Of a stretch of DNA of 64,000 nucleotides, positions 9,557-17,922 are shown in pieces. This DNA comes from Bacteroidaceae bacterium (GTDB lineage Bacteria; Bacteroidota; Bacteroidia; Bacteroidales; Bacteroidaceae). Both the position numbers and the translations under genes were made by a program. Position 1 is the first letter of the stretch, and the number at the start of each line of letters is the position of its first letter. The notes under the pieces were generated by a model. The model was not told the DNA's origin. It saw nothing but the letters and a program-made list of their open reading frames with translations, and searched no databases. Location: assembly GCA_017557005.1 (NCBI GenBank), contig JAFZFZ010000033.1, positions 10,730 to 74,729 of the forward strand, given 5' to 3'.

Positions 9557-9638
9557 ACTCGCGAAGAGAATATATTCTCCTCGCGAGGATAGTGCATTCT
9601 CTTCGCGAAGATAATACACTCTCTTCGCGAAGAGAGTG
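9557..9638. repeat. Four TCGCGA-centred palindromes phased at exactly 22 bp
   Basis: TCGCGA cores sit at 9559, 9581, 9603 and 9625. The last unit is a perfect 22-bp palindrome, CACTCTCTTCGCGAAGAGAGTG (9617-9638). The first two units together form an imperfect 30-bp palindrome (9558-9587). Confidence 0.8.
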
Positions 9639-9715
9639 AACCGAACAACCATAGAATGAGAAAAATCGTCCTGTATATCATCTCCGAACGTACGATACAG
9701 CCGCAAATGGATAGC

Positions 9716-9760
9716 AATAAAAACTGCCACCCGGCAAAAATGTAATTGCATAGGTGGCAG
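9716..9760 (-). terminator. Probable terminator of the YtrA-type operon
   Basis: On the minus strand, a CTGCCACC...GGTGGCAG stem with a 21-nt loop is followed by a T-run. Confidence 0.45.
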
Positions 9761-9799
9761 AGTAGGGGAGAATCGGACTTATGAATGATTCACATATTC

Positions 9800-10159
9800 T
9801 TACTGTTCTCTATTCTCATACAACTCGCGCAGTTCATCGAAGGAGATCTTCAGCGTATCCATCTTGCGGAATAGTTCGGGCAACTCTTCTGTGAGGAAGG
9901 TGCGCTTGCGCTCCTTGGCGATGCGGCGTGCCGCTCCTTTGCTGGCGAAGTAGCCCAAGCCACGCTTGTTGTAGATAATCTCCAGTGACTGCAGGTGGTC
10001 GAAGGTACGCACCACGGTGTTGGCATTCACCTCTACCATGGCGGCGTATTCGCGCACAGAGGGTATACGGTCGTCTTCGCGGTAAGTGCCCTGCAGTATC
10101 TCATCGCAGATGCGCTCGGCTATCTGCAAGTATATCGGGTTATTATCTTTGAAGTTCAT
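9800..10159 (-). CDS. GntR-family transcriptional regulator, YtrA subfamily
   Basis: 119 aa with a winged HTH 'PSVREYAAMVEVNANTVVRTFDHL' and a short C-terminal helical tail. Its start overlaps the stop of the upstream permease (ATGA). Confidence 0.85.
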   Translation of the reverse strand: MNFKDNNPIYLQIAERICDEILQGTYREDDRIPSVREYAAMVEVNANTVVRTFDHLQSLEIIYNKRGLGYFASKGAARRIAKERKRTFLTEELPELFRKMDTLKISFDELRELYENREQ

Positions 10160-11013
10160 ACGGCCTCCTTTCTTTTAATAATGTAACCTGCACGACGCAC
10201 TATCTGCTTACGCGAGAAATAGTAGTAACTCAGCCACCAGTTGAAGATGATGAGTGCCATGAAGATTATCAATGTGGAAACTGAGTGTTGTGTCATCATG
10301 TTCTCGAAGAAATGTGACAAAGACACCAAATAAGCAAAGGCAGCGAAGGGCAGAAACCCAGCTATCGGGTTACGGAAGATGCAAGCGCCGAGCAACATCA
10401 ATGAGTGGCAATAAACATAGAATGCCACCATAGCATAGTTGGCGGTAAGTGGAAGCGTAACACCATTGCTTTTGAATACATTGACGCTAAACGTCCTTCC
10501 CAATGCCCACAGCGTATGATTAATGGTAAATACGTTACACCCGATAGCATCGCTATAGCGAGAGAATGTAGCCACGATGCCCATACGCGTCAAATCTGAC
10601 AAAAGCCATACGAGCAACGTCATGATTAATGTACCAAAGATGGTGATGAGCACGCGCGACACAAATCGCTCGGCGCATGTGACGGGCATCATCAAGTAGC
10701 TTGTAGCCTTTCGTTTCTTCCTTACGGGATTGCAGAATGTGGCCGTCATGACACCAATGTAAAACAATAGCGCCATCAGTGAGTGACTAAACATCTCAAA
10801 TCGCAAATTCATTATTGCTTTGGATATTTCGCCACGCTCTATATAGAACAAATGGTTACGGGAGTCAAAGTGCCTTACCTGCAAGTATGTCATCAGCAGA
10901 AATGAAACTATGAACAAACCTAGATAGAGCATCTTGTCTGCCTGTATATCACGCTTCAAGACTTCGCCCAGTCGTCTAAAGCTGAACGAGTTTGTGTTGG
11001 TTATTGCATTCAT
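10156..11013 (-). CDS. ABC-2-like integral membrane protein, paralog 3
   Basis: 285 aa, polytopic. It shares the N-terminal 'NTNSFSFRRL' motif, the central 'YLMMPV..AERFVSR' motif and the C-terminal 'NWWLSYYYFSRKQ' motif with the two upstream ORFs. Confidence 0.65.
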   Translation of the reverse strand: MNAITNTNSFSFRRLGEVLKRDIQADKMLYLGLFIVSFLLMTYLQVRHFDSRNHLFYIERGEISKAIMNLRFEMFSHSLMALLFYIGVMTATFCNPVRKKRKATSYLMMPVTCAERFVSRVLITIFGTLIMTLLVWLLSDLTRMGIVATFSRYSDAIGCNVFTINHTLWALGRTFSVNVFKSNGVTLPLTANYAMVAFYVYCHSLMLLGACIFRNPIAGFLPFAAFAYLVSLSHFFENMMTQHSVSTLIIFMALIIFNWWLSYYYFSRKQIVRRAGYIIKRKEAV

Positions 11014-11996
11014 ACGGCCTCCTCCTTTCTTTTGTTAAGAGACAATTTGAGTCCCCATCGTTGAGAAACAACTTGCTTGCGAGAGAAGAGGCGGAAGCTG
11101 AGCCACCAGTTAATGATGCAAAAGCCTAAGAGCAGAATGTCAAAAACTACGAAGCCTATACAAGCATACTGCTGATTATTCATCATCCTAATTAGTATAG
11201 GACTCAGTGGCTTCAGCGCATACGGATAATACCGAATAATGACAAACACTAAAGCAGACAAGACAAGCAAGAATATGACAGAGGGTTTTCTATTCCATAC
11301 ATGTCCCACGATCAATGCTAAAGAGTGTAGCCAAGCAAGCACTAACACACAAAATGCAGTGAAGGCGTAACCTACATATTCAGGATTGGCAGAAAGCACA
11401 GCATAGCCATCAGATGGGAACATGGTACCCTCTACGCCCATAGTGAACCAATGAGAAAAGGCCCAGCTTATCTTACTGAGTAGATGCGGTATCGTAAGTC
11501 CCTTGAAATTATCTGTCAATAGAGCATCAGCATAATCAGGATTTACAGCTATGTTATACTCTACGATGCCTATGCGTATTAAGTCTGCGGTGAGCAAGGC
11601 GAGCAGTGTCATCACGATGGGTTCGACCACGGCAATCATTGCACGCGACACGAACTTCTCGGCATTCGCGGCAGGTAGCTTAAGGTAGTAGATGGCATCG
11701 CTCTTCTCGCCAAGCGCATAGGCGGTAGCTATGCTGAAGAGCATCATGCCAAACAGGAAGCAATAGAATAGAGGTACTTGCAGGAATGTAAAGTGCTCGA
11801 GTATTTGAGTTGACTCCATCTTGCCAATCTTGTAGAAGGCAACACACTCATTCAGTGCGCCCACCTGAGTCGCCAAGAATATAAATATGATACCGATATA
11901 CATTCGACGCGAGAATGAATAGGCCCGTAGGTCTATCCCTATAACCTTGACCAGCCTCCTAAGACTGAACGAGTTGGTATTACTTATCGGTTTCAT
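11010..11996 (-). CDS. ABC-2-like integral membrane protein, paralog 2
   Basis: 328 aa with 'NTNSFSLRRL', 'YYLKLPAANAEKFVSR' and 'NWWLSFRLFSRKQ'. ATGA overlaps on both sides. Confidence 0.65.
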   Translation of the reverse strand: MKPISNTNSFSLRRLVKVIGIDLRAYSFSRRMYIGIIFIFLATQVGALNECVAFYKIGKMESTQILEHFTFLQVPLFYCFLFGMMLFSIATAYALGEKSDAIYYLKLPAANAEKFVSRAMIAVVEPIVMTLLALLTADLIRIGIVEYNIAVNPDYADALLTDNFKGLTIPHLLSKISWAFSHWFTMGVEGTMFPSDGYAVLSANPEYVGYAFTAFCVLVLAWLHSLALIVGHVWNRKPSVIFLLVLSALVFVIIRYYPYALKPLSPILIRMMNNQQYACIGFVVFDILLLGFCIINWWLSFRLFSRKQVVSQRWGLKLSLNKRKEEAV

Positions 11997-12979
11997 GAGC
12001 GTCCTTTATTAAGGAGTTGTTTCCAAAACGGAGCGCGAGCTATCATCTGCTTGCGAGAGAAGAGGCGGAAGCTGAGCCACCAGTTGAGTGCGATGAAGCC
12101 AAGAAAGAGGGGAATTCCGATTGAGAATATAAAGCGGTTAAAATCTCTATCCGTTTCAAATTTGGTTTCAAACCAGAACGCTACGTTTTCATTGAACCAC
12201 TGCCAACATGTCGGTTCCAACTCGCAGACCAACCAAGCGAATGTCAAGATAAGTGCCAAGCCTACAAAGAATATTTTGAGCATAGCTTTCTTGCGCCAAA
12301 AACATCCACCAAGGACAAAGAGCGAATGAGCCCAAAGGGTAAGAATCACGACAAACGATACAGCCATGATGGCAAGATCCTTCTTCCAATAGGGATATAC
12401 AATTTCATTGTTTACAACCTCGTAGCCTGAAGCACCGTCGATGTATATCTCTTTGAGCGGTTCCATCCATGCCACTAAAGCGCGAGGTGCGGTGAGTCCC
12501 CACGTCATTTCTGCTTTGAGGAGAGACAGACTGAGCATACGCACGAGGTCGGCGCAGAGGAGAGCTATGTAGGTCATGATGATAACAACTACCGTATTGA
12601 TGAGTGCGCGTGAGAGGAACTTCTCAACGTTTGAGGCAGGCATCATTAAGTAGTTCGTGGCAATGGTCTTACTACGCAGTGGTACGCCACTCATATCGGC
12701 AGCGGCACAAAATAGCGCCAAACTCAGCACACCATAGAAGAAGGGGAGGCAACTATTAACAAAGCGAGATAAATAGTCTGCCTTCTCGTAAATGTGGAGC
12801 TCACCATTCTTACGGACGAATATCTGCCCCAATTCGGCAATCTCCTTTATCTCGTAGAACTGATACACCAAAAAAGCAACAAACATCACGAAGAATACGC
12901 CGATATATCGCTTGCGATTCTCCACCAAGTCGCGCTTCAGCACCCTGCCGAAGCGTGAGAAACTGAATGTGTTATTCAT
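11993..12979 (-). CDS. ABC-2-like integral membrane protein, paralog 1
   Basis: 328 aa with 'NNTFSFSRFGRVLKRD', 'YLMMPASNVEKFLSR' and 'NWWLSFRLFSRKQ'. Confidence 0.65.
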   Translation of the reverse strand: MNNTFSFSRFGRVLKRDLVENRKRYIGVFFVMFVAFLVYQFYEIKEIAELGQIFVRKNGELHIYEKADYLSRFVNSCLPFFYGVLSLALFCAAADMSGVPLRSKTIATNYLMMPASNVEKFLSRALINTVVVIIMTYIALLCADLVRMLSLSLLKAEMTWGLTAPRALVAWMEPLKEIYIDGASGYEVVNNEIVYPYWKKDLAIMAVSFVVILTLWAHSLFVLGGCFWRKKAMLKIFFVGLALILTFAWLVCELEPTCWQWFNENVAFWFETKFETDRDFNRFIFSIGIPLFLGFIALNWWLSFRLFSRKQMIARAPFWKQLLNKGRS

Positions 12980-12990
12980 AGCGATGAATG

Positions 12991-13830
12991 TTAGCGGTTA
13001 AACACTTGCGCAAACTTCTCTCGCTCTGCCAATACGCCATTGAAGAGCAACTCGAGGTTCATGCGGCTCTCCTCATCATACTCATTGGGCAGGATGGCGC
13101 TGTTGCCCGATACGGAGGGTTGCACGTAGAGTGCGCCGTCAGTGGGCTCGCTCATGGGTAGCTCAGTGAAGAGCAGGCGGCGGCAGATGTCGGCATTGGA
13201 GGCATTGAGCAATACGCTTGACTGGTCGATGATGACGATATGGTCGAGCAGGCTGTCGATGTCTCTCACCTGGTGGGTAGAGATGATGATGGTCTTCTCG
13301 TCCGTCATGTTGCTGGCGATGAGGCGGCGAAACTCGCTCTTCGAGGGGATATCAAGTCCGTTGGTAGGCTCGTCCATCACAAGCAGCGAGGTGTTGGCAG
13401 CCAGGGCGAAACACATGTAAGCCTTCTTCTTTTGGCCCATCGAGAGATTACCGAGGTGAATGTTCTCATCGAAGTCGAAGAGCGCGAGATTCTGGGTTAG
13501 CTGCTCCTCACTGAAGTTGGGGTAGAAAGGTGCATTGAGCTTTACATACTGCTTCATGGTCATCGAGGGCAGTTCAAACTCCTCAGGCACGATGTACATA
13601 TCGCTCAGGGTAGAGGGCAGGCGACGGCGCACCTCCTCGTCCTTGAATAATACGGTGCCCTGCTGCGGGTGCAGCAAACCGGTAATGAGATAGAGCAATG
13701 TACTCTTACCAGTACCATTCTTGCCCAGCAAGCCGTACACTGCTCCCTTCTCAAACTCCAACGAAAAATCGTTGAAAACCTTACAGCCATTACCGCTGTA
13801 AGAAAACGCTAAATCGTTAATCTTTAACAT
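12991..13830 (-). CDS. ABC transporter ATP-binding protein
   Basis: Walker A 'GKNGTGKST', signature 'LSMGQKKK' and Walker B 'LLVMDEPT'. The ORF track starts at GTG 13836; the ATG at 13830 is the likelier start. Confidence 0.9.
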   Translation of the reverse strand: MLKINDLAFSYSGNGCKVFNDFSLEFEKGAVYGLLGKNGTGKSTLLYLITGLLHPQQGTVLFKDEEVRRRLPSTLSDMYIVPEEFELPSMTMKQYVKLNAPFYPNFSEEQLTQNLALFDFDENIHLGNLSMGQKKKAYMCFALAANTSLLVMDEPTNGLDIPSKSEFRRLIASNMTDEKTIIISTHQVRDIDSLLDHIVIIDQSSVLLNASNADICRRLLFTELPMSEPTDGALYVQPSVSGNSAILPNEYDEESRMNLELLFNGVLAEREKFAQVFNR

Positions 13831-13859
13831 ACTCACATCTTTTTATTGGTTAATCTTAT

Positions 13860-13881
13860 GTGTACTACCTAAATAGTACAC
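13860..13881. promoter_or_regulatory. Candidate YtrA/GntR operator palindrome GTGTACTA-N6-TAGTACAC
   Basis: Perfect 8+8 inverted repeat located 30 nt upstream of the ABC ATPase start and directly downstream of a -7 box. It has the GT...AC half-site style typical of GntR-family operators. Confidence 0.6.
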
Positions 13882-13883
13882 TG

Positions 13884-13891
13884 CAAATGTA
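13884..13891 (-). promoter_or_regulatory. -7 promoter box TACATTTG of the ABC/permease/GntR operon
   Basis: The reverse complement of CAAATGTA matches TAnnTTTG. The predicted transcription start falls inside the palindrome. Confidence 0.55.
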
Positions 13892-13951
13892 CGACTTTTT
13901 ATTTTACGCGCAATACTTTTGCCAATATTTTTGCAAAAAAAAATAAAAGGG

Positions 13952-13988
13952 ACAAAAAAAGGACATTCCAGAAAATAAGGAATGTCCT
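13952..13988 (-). terminator. Rho-independent terminator after the 309-aa secreted-protein gene
   Basis: A 10-bp stem AGGACATTCC/GGAATGTCCT is followed on the minus strand by TTTTTTTGT. Confidence 0.7.
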
Positions 13989-14090
13989 AAGTTTACAGCT
14001 GCTCAAGGAATGGAAAGATTGCTCCTTTAGCATTGATATGAGCCTACCATAAAGAGGTGCTTTGCAACGAATATGGATGTGCTGTTTGGG

Positions 14091-15020
14091 CTATTTAATT
14101 TCAACGAAGACACCTTCAATCTCTACGTCGCCCAGCATATAGCGGCGAGGCAGCTTGAGCAGACCATTGTGCTTTACCTTGCGAGCGGGTATGTGTACCT
14201 CGTGGCGATTGGTGGCCAAGCCGTAGTGTACCACCACACCATCGTGAGTGAAGCCTGCCTCGGGGCGTACCTTCACGAGCAGAGTCTTGTGTGTCGAGTG
14301 CTCGTAGTTCATGAGTTGGGCTCCATCGGGTAGGGTTACCTCACCATTACGGTTGGTGTTGCTTACGAGGCAGTACTTGGTGTCGTGAGTTGAGGCGTTC
14401 GCGTCATGGTCTGAGGGCTGAGAACTGATGTATGGATTCTCGGCGTTGTCGCTCACCAGGATGTGGTCGATGTAGCAGATTGCATCGGTGGTGTATGCAT
14501 GGGGCGACTCACAATCGGGTACTACCACGAGGCTATGGATCTCGATGCCACCCGCTCCCTTGATGGGAAGGGTCACCGCTTGCCAGCTATCGGCGGCGAT
14601 GTTGGTGGTGGTCATAGCCCAGAACTGCTCTACATCGGTAGGCTGCGCAGGTCGGTCGGTGCGCTTGCCCAGTCCCACCACCATTACGCGTCCACTATAG
14701 GGGCGGTTTACTTGCAGATGCACATATTTCTCTGTGGGGGTGAGTTCGAAGGGTTCGTTCAGTTCGATGCGCACGCCGAATGTGTTGCTACCATAACGTG
14801 AACGCTGCACGGCCAGCACGCGTGCTGAGGGGTTGGCCTCACATTTGTTGGGGTTGGCCGCTACGGCATAGTTCCCTTTCAATTGACCGGTGCGGAAGGG
14901 TGATGCCTCCCACGTGTCGTAGACGCCAAGCTCCTTGTAGTCGCGGTTCTCAAAACTGATTGTTTGTGCACTGGCCATCATGCTCAGGCCGAGTGCTATG
15001 GATAATATCGGATATCTCAT
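14091..15020 (-). CDS. Secreted hypothetical protein (beta-sandwich/CBM-like?), downstream of the GH29 gene
   Basis: 309 aa with the signal peptide 'MRYPILSIALGLSMMASAQ'. I recognise no catalytic motif. It is co-oriented with the fucosidase gene across a 24-bp gap. Confidence 0.55.
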   Translation of the reverse strand: MRYPILSIALGLSMMASAQTISFENRDYKELGVYDTWEASPFRTGQLKGNYAVAANPNKCEANPSARVLAVQRSRYGSNTFGVRIELNEPFELTPTEKYVHLQVNRPYSGRVMVVGLGKRTDRPAQPTDVEQFWAMTTTNIAADSWQAVTLPIKGAGGIEIHSLVVVPDCESPHAYTTDAICYIDHILVSDNAENPYISSQPSDHDANASTHDTKYCLVSNTNRNGEVTLPDGAQLMNYEHSTHKTLLVKVRPEAGFTHDGVVVHYGLATNRHEVHIPARKVKHNGLLKLPRRYMLGDVEIEGVFVEIK

Positions 15021-15044
15021 GGGGATGTTCTCCTATTCCTTTTA

Positions 15045-16574
15045 TTAATACACTGCTACTTTACTGATGAGCGGACAAGCCTTGCTGTCCTCGATGATGA
15101 TGCGCACGGCCTTCACCTTGAAGCCCTCGTCGTAGCTGGCCGAGGTGCTGCCATTAAGGGGTACGATGCGTTTGTATCCTACGGTGGTGGTCTCCACATT
15201 GGTGGCGCGACGTGTCCACTCTACGCCATCGGCCGAGGTCTCTATATGGAACTTGCGCACGCGCTGTCCCTTGGCAATGTATTCCATCAGCTCTACGTAG
15301 CGTACGGTCTGTTCGGTCTCCCAGGTGAGGGTGATGGTGGCAGCGGTCTCGCCATCGGCGGTAGCCCAATAGGTCTCCTTGTCTCCGTCGGTCATATTGG
15401 TAGCTACATAGTTGCGTGCAGCTCCACCCTGACGTACCTTGTCGGCGGTCACCGTGGCTGTCTGTGCCAGGTCGGTGCCCAAGCGATTGGTCACAAGCGT
15501 ACCCATGCCTGTAAGGGCATCTACCGATGCCTGAGGCAGCACACCTGCTTGGTTGGGCGGTATGTTGAGGATGAGGGTAGCATTACGTCCGATAGTCTCC
15601 AAGTACATTTGGAAGAGACGCTCGGGGCTGAGGGGACTCTCACCATCGTGCCAGAACCATCCGCGGTTAGTGGCCTTGGCATCACTCTCGCCCGGTAGCC
15701 AGAACCATCCGTCTTCAGTGCCATACATGCCATTGCGCTCGGGTGCATAGTCGCGGTTCTCGGTGCTCCAGTTGGTTTGTCCGGCCCAGCCAGCCTCGTT
15801 GCCTATCCAGCGAGCTTCGCCACCTACGCCCCACATCACGCAGTCGGGGCATACGCGGTGGATGGTGTCGCGCAGGTTGGGCACATCGTAGTAGGTGGCG
15901 CGATCGATACTGCGAGTACCGCCCTGTCCGCCATAGTAGCCATTACCGCCGTTGGCACCATCAAACCACATCTCAAACTGGTCGGTACCATACTCAGCAA
16001 GTTCGGCGCATTGGCGGAGGAATACCTCCTTGACGTAGCGGTCGGTACCATAGAGCGCACTGTTACGATCCCACGGTGATATGTAGAATCCATATTTCAA
16101 ATCCAACTCCTTGGCTGCAGCGGCAAAGTCGCGCGGGATATTGGTCTCACGGCCATAGTCATTGCCCGAGTTGGTCACATTGTGCTCGGTAGTCTCTGTA
16201 GGCCATAGGCAGAAGCCATCGTGATGCTTCACCACGGCGATACCGCCACGCATACCTGCAGCTTTGGCCACCTCGAGCCACTGCTTGGGGTTGGGAGCGG
16301 CTGTAGGAGCAAAGATATTGCGGTCCTCATCGCCATTGCCCCACTCGCGTCCTGTATAGGTGTTCATTCCATAATGGAAGAAGGCATAGAACTCCGTCTC
16401 CTGCCATTTGAGTTGGCGTGGATGAGGCACTGGGTGTACGGGAGCAGGCTCATTGTCGGGGTTGGGCAATGTCTGCTTTGCGAGTCTCAGGTTCTGCGCA
16501 TGAGCAAACCCTAAGCACAATATCGCTGCTGCAGCAAGGATTATAACGCGTTTGTTTCTACTGATAATCATCAT
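15045..16574 (-). CDS. Alpha-L-fucosidase (GH29) with C-terminal F5/8 type C (CBM32-like) domain
   Basis: Signal peptide, 'FFHYGMNTYTGREWG', 'VVKHHDGFCLWPT', and a C-terminal 'YVELMEY...KFHIETSADGVEW' discoidin-like segment. Confidence 0.85.
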   Translation of the reverse strand: MMIISRNKRVIILAAAAILCLGFAHAQNLRLAKQTLPNPDNEPAPVHPVPHPRQLKWQETEFYAFFHYGMNTYTGREWGNGDEDRNIFAPTAAPNPKQWLEVAKAAGMRGGIAVVKHHDGFCLWPTETTEHNVTNSGNDYGRETNIPRDFAAAAKELDLKYGFYISPWDRNSALYGTDRYVKEVFLRQCAELAEYGTDQFEMWFDGANGGNGYYGGQGGTRSIDRATYYDVPNLRDTIHRVCPDCVMWGVGGEARWIGNEAGWAGQTNWSTENRDYAPERNGMYGTEDGWFWLPGESDAKATNRGWFWHDGESPLSPERLFQMYLETIGRNATLILNIPPNQAGVLPQASVDALTGMGTLVTNRLGTDLAQTATVTADKVRQGGAARNYVATNMTDGDKETYWATADGETAATITLTWETEQTVRYVELMEYIAKGQRVRKFHIETSADGVEWTRRATNVETTTVGYKRIVPLNGSTSASYDEGFKVKAVRIIIEDSKACPLISKVAVY

Positions 16575-16651
16575 ATATTACTTTATATTATTACACATCA
16601 ATGAATAATGCTTCTGAAATGCAGTATCAAGCATCATATAGCATTTCGGTG

Positions 16652-16659
16652 CAAAGATA
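16652..16659 (-). promoter_or_regulatory. -7 box TATCTTTG for the GH29 gene
   Basis: The reverse complement of CAAAGATA is an exact consensus match. It is paired divergently with the nfo promoter. Confidence 0.55.
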
Positions 16660-16691
16660 ATATTATTGGCCATTTATTCAAAAAGATATTG

Positions 16692-16699
16692 TATCTTTG
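16692..16699 (+). promoter_or_regulatory. -7 box TATCTTTG for nfo
   Basis: Exact consensus match 25 nt upstream of the nfo ATG. Confidence 0.55.
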
Positions 16700-16723
16700 C
16701 CATGAAATAAAAAGAAAACTCAT

Positions 16724-17563
16724 ATGAAATATATCGGTCCCCACGTATCGGCTTCGGGCGGTGTTGAATATGCCCCCGTCAATGCCAAGGAGGTAGGCGC
16801 TACGGCATTTGCCCTGTTTACCCGCAACCAGCGCCAATGGGTGTCAAAACCTTTGAGCGAAGAGAGCATCGCACTATTCAAGCAGCGCTGTGCCGAGTAT
16901 GGCTACGATGCACGCTACATATTGCCGCACGACAGTTACCTCATCAACTTAGGACACCCTCAGCAGGAGGGGTTGGAGAAGTCACGTGCAGCCTTCTACG
17001 ATGAGATGCACCGCTGTGAGCAGTTGGGACTCACGATGCTCAACTTTCACCCCGGAAGCCACCTCAACGAGTTCAGCAAGGAGGAGTGCCTGGCGCGCAT
17101 CGCCGAGAGCATCAATATCGCGCTGGACAAGACGCAAGGCGTGACGGCGGTGATAGAGAACACGGCAGGACAGGGAAGCAACATGGGATTTGCCTTCTAT
17201 CAGCTGGCCGAGATCATCCGCCGCGTAGAGGACAAGAGCCGCGTGGGAGTGTGCCTCGACACCTGCCACACCTATTCGGCAGGCTACGACATCCGCGACA
17301 ACTACGAGGCCGTATGGAAGGAATTCGACGAGGTGGTGGGATTCTCATACCTTCGTGGCATACATCTGAACGACACCAAGAAGGCGCTGGCTTCACGCGT
17401 AGACCGCCACGAGAGCCTCGGGCTCGGCCTATTGGGCACTGCTTTCTTCGAGCGCTTCATGAAGGACCCACGTTTCGACAACATCCCGCTCATCCTCGAG
17501 ACACCCGACGAGAGCCGCTGGGCCGAAGAAATACAATGGCTCACCAGCCTTCAAGAGGGATAA
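16724..17563 (+). CDS. nfo: Endonuclease IV (AP endonuclease family 2)
   Basis: '[13 protein letters not shown]', 'NFHPGSH', 'VCLDTCH' and 'HLNDTK' metal-ligand motifs; 279 aa. Confidence 0.92.
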   Translation: MKYIGPHVSASGGVEYAPVNAKEVGATAFALFTRNQRQWVSKPLSEESIALFKQRCAEYGYDARYILPHDSYLINLGHPQQEGLEKSRAAFYDEMHRCEQLGLTMLNFHPGSHLNEFSKEECLARIAESINIALDKTQGVTAVIENTAGQGSNMGFAFYQLAEIIRRVEDKSRVGVCLDTCHTYSAGYDIRDNYEAVWKEFDEVVGFSYLRGIHLNDTKKALASRVDRHESLGLGLLGTAFFERFMKDPRFDNIPLILETPDESRWAEEIQWLTSLQEG

Positions 17564-17661
17564 AAGCTACATTTTGACAACAAAAACGGAGAATAAATAA
17601 CATTTTTACGTTTATTTTGTAAAAAAACTCGACAAACTGTTGCGAGTATTAAAAAAAGACA

Positions 17662-17669
17662 TACCTTTG
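17662..17669 (+). promoter_or_regulatory. -7 box TACCTTTG of the hisG leader transcript
   Basis: Exact consensus match 254 nt upstream of hisG and 64 nt upstream of the leader ORF. Confidence 0.55.
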
Positions 17670-17732
17670 CAACAGAAACGCACGAACAACGTGCAAATAG
17701 GTTTTTAGGTAAAGACGGATAACAAAAACAGA

Positions 17733-17783
17733 ATGAAGCAAACTCGCCTACAACACATTCATCATTGCCCTATCTGCCGATAA
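17733..17783 (+). CDS. Candidate his leader peptide MKQTRLQHIHHCPICR
   Basis: 16-codon ORF with three His codons among four consecutive positions (CAC ATT CAT CAT). It lies between the promoter box and a terminator hairpin in front of hisG. Confidence 0.5.
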   Translation: MKQTRLQHIHHCPICR

Positions 17784-17822
17784 GGTAAGTGTTGTAGCAG
17801 TTTGTATTCACAGAAAGCACAG

Positions 17823-17851
17823 AGGACTTGCCTTATAGGTGAGTCCTTTTT
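17823..17851 (+). terminator. Attenuator terminator in the hisG leader
   Basis: A 10-bp stem AGGACTTGCC/GGTGAGTCCT (two G-U pairs) with loop TTATA is followed by a T-run. The 5' arm can alternatively pair with 17780-17790. Confidence 0.6.
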
Positions 17852-17922
17852 GCTAACTGAAAACCCGGATGAAAACAACTTTATACAACATATATTATAT
17901 ATAGGATAAAAAAACGAATACG

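Noticed and set aside
9557-9638. Could the 22-bp periodic palindromes be a mini CRISPR array?
   Set aside because: The units abut each other with no spacers. The period is far too short, there are only four units, and no cas genes are in the window.
13914-13990. A plus-strand TACTTTTG box is followed by the 13960-13988 hairpin. Could this be another small RNA?
   Set aside because: The hairpin has its T-run on the minus strand, so it serves as the terminator of the 14091-15020 gene. On the plus strand it is followed by TAAGTTTACAGC, with no U-tract. The intervening sequence is an A-run of low complexity.
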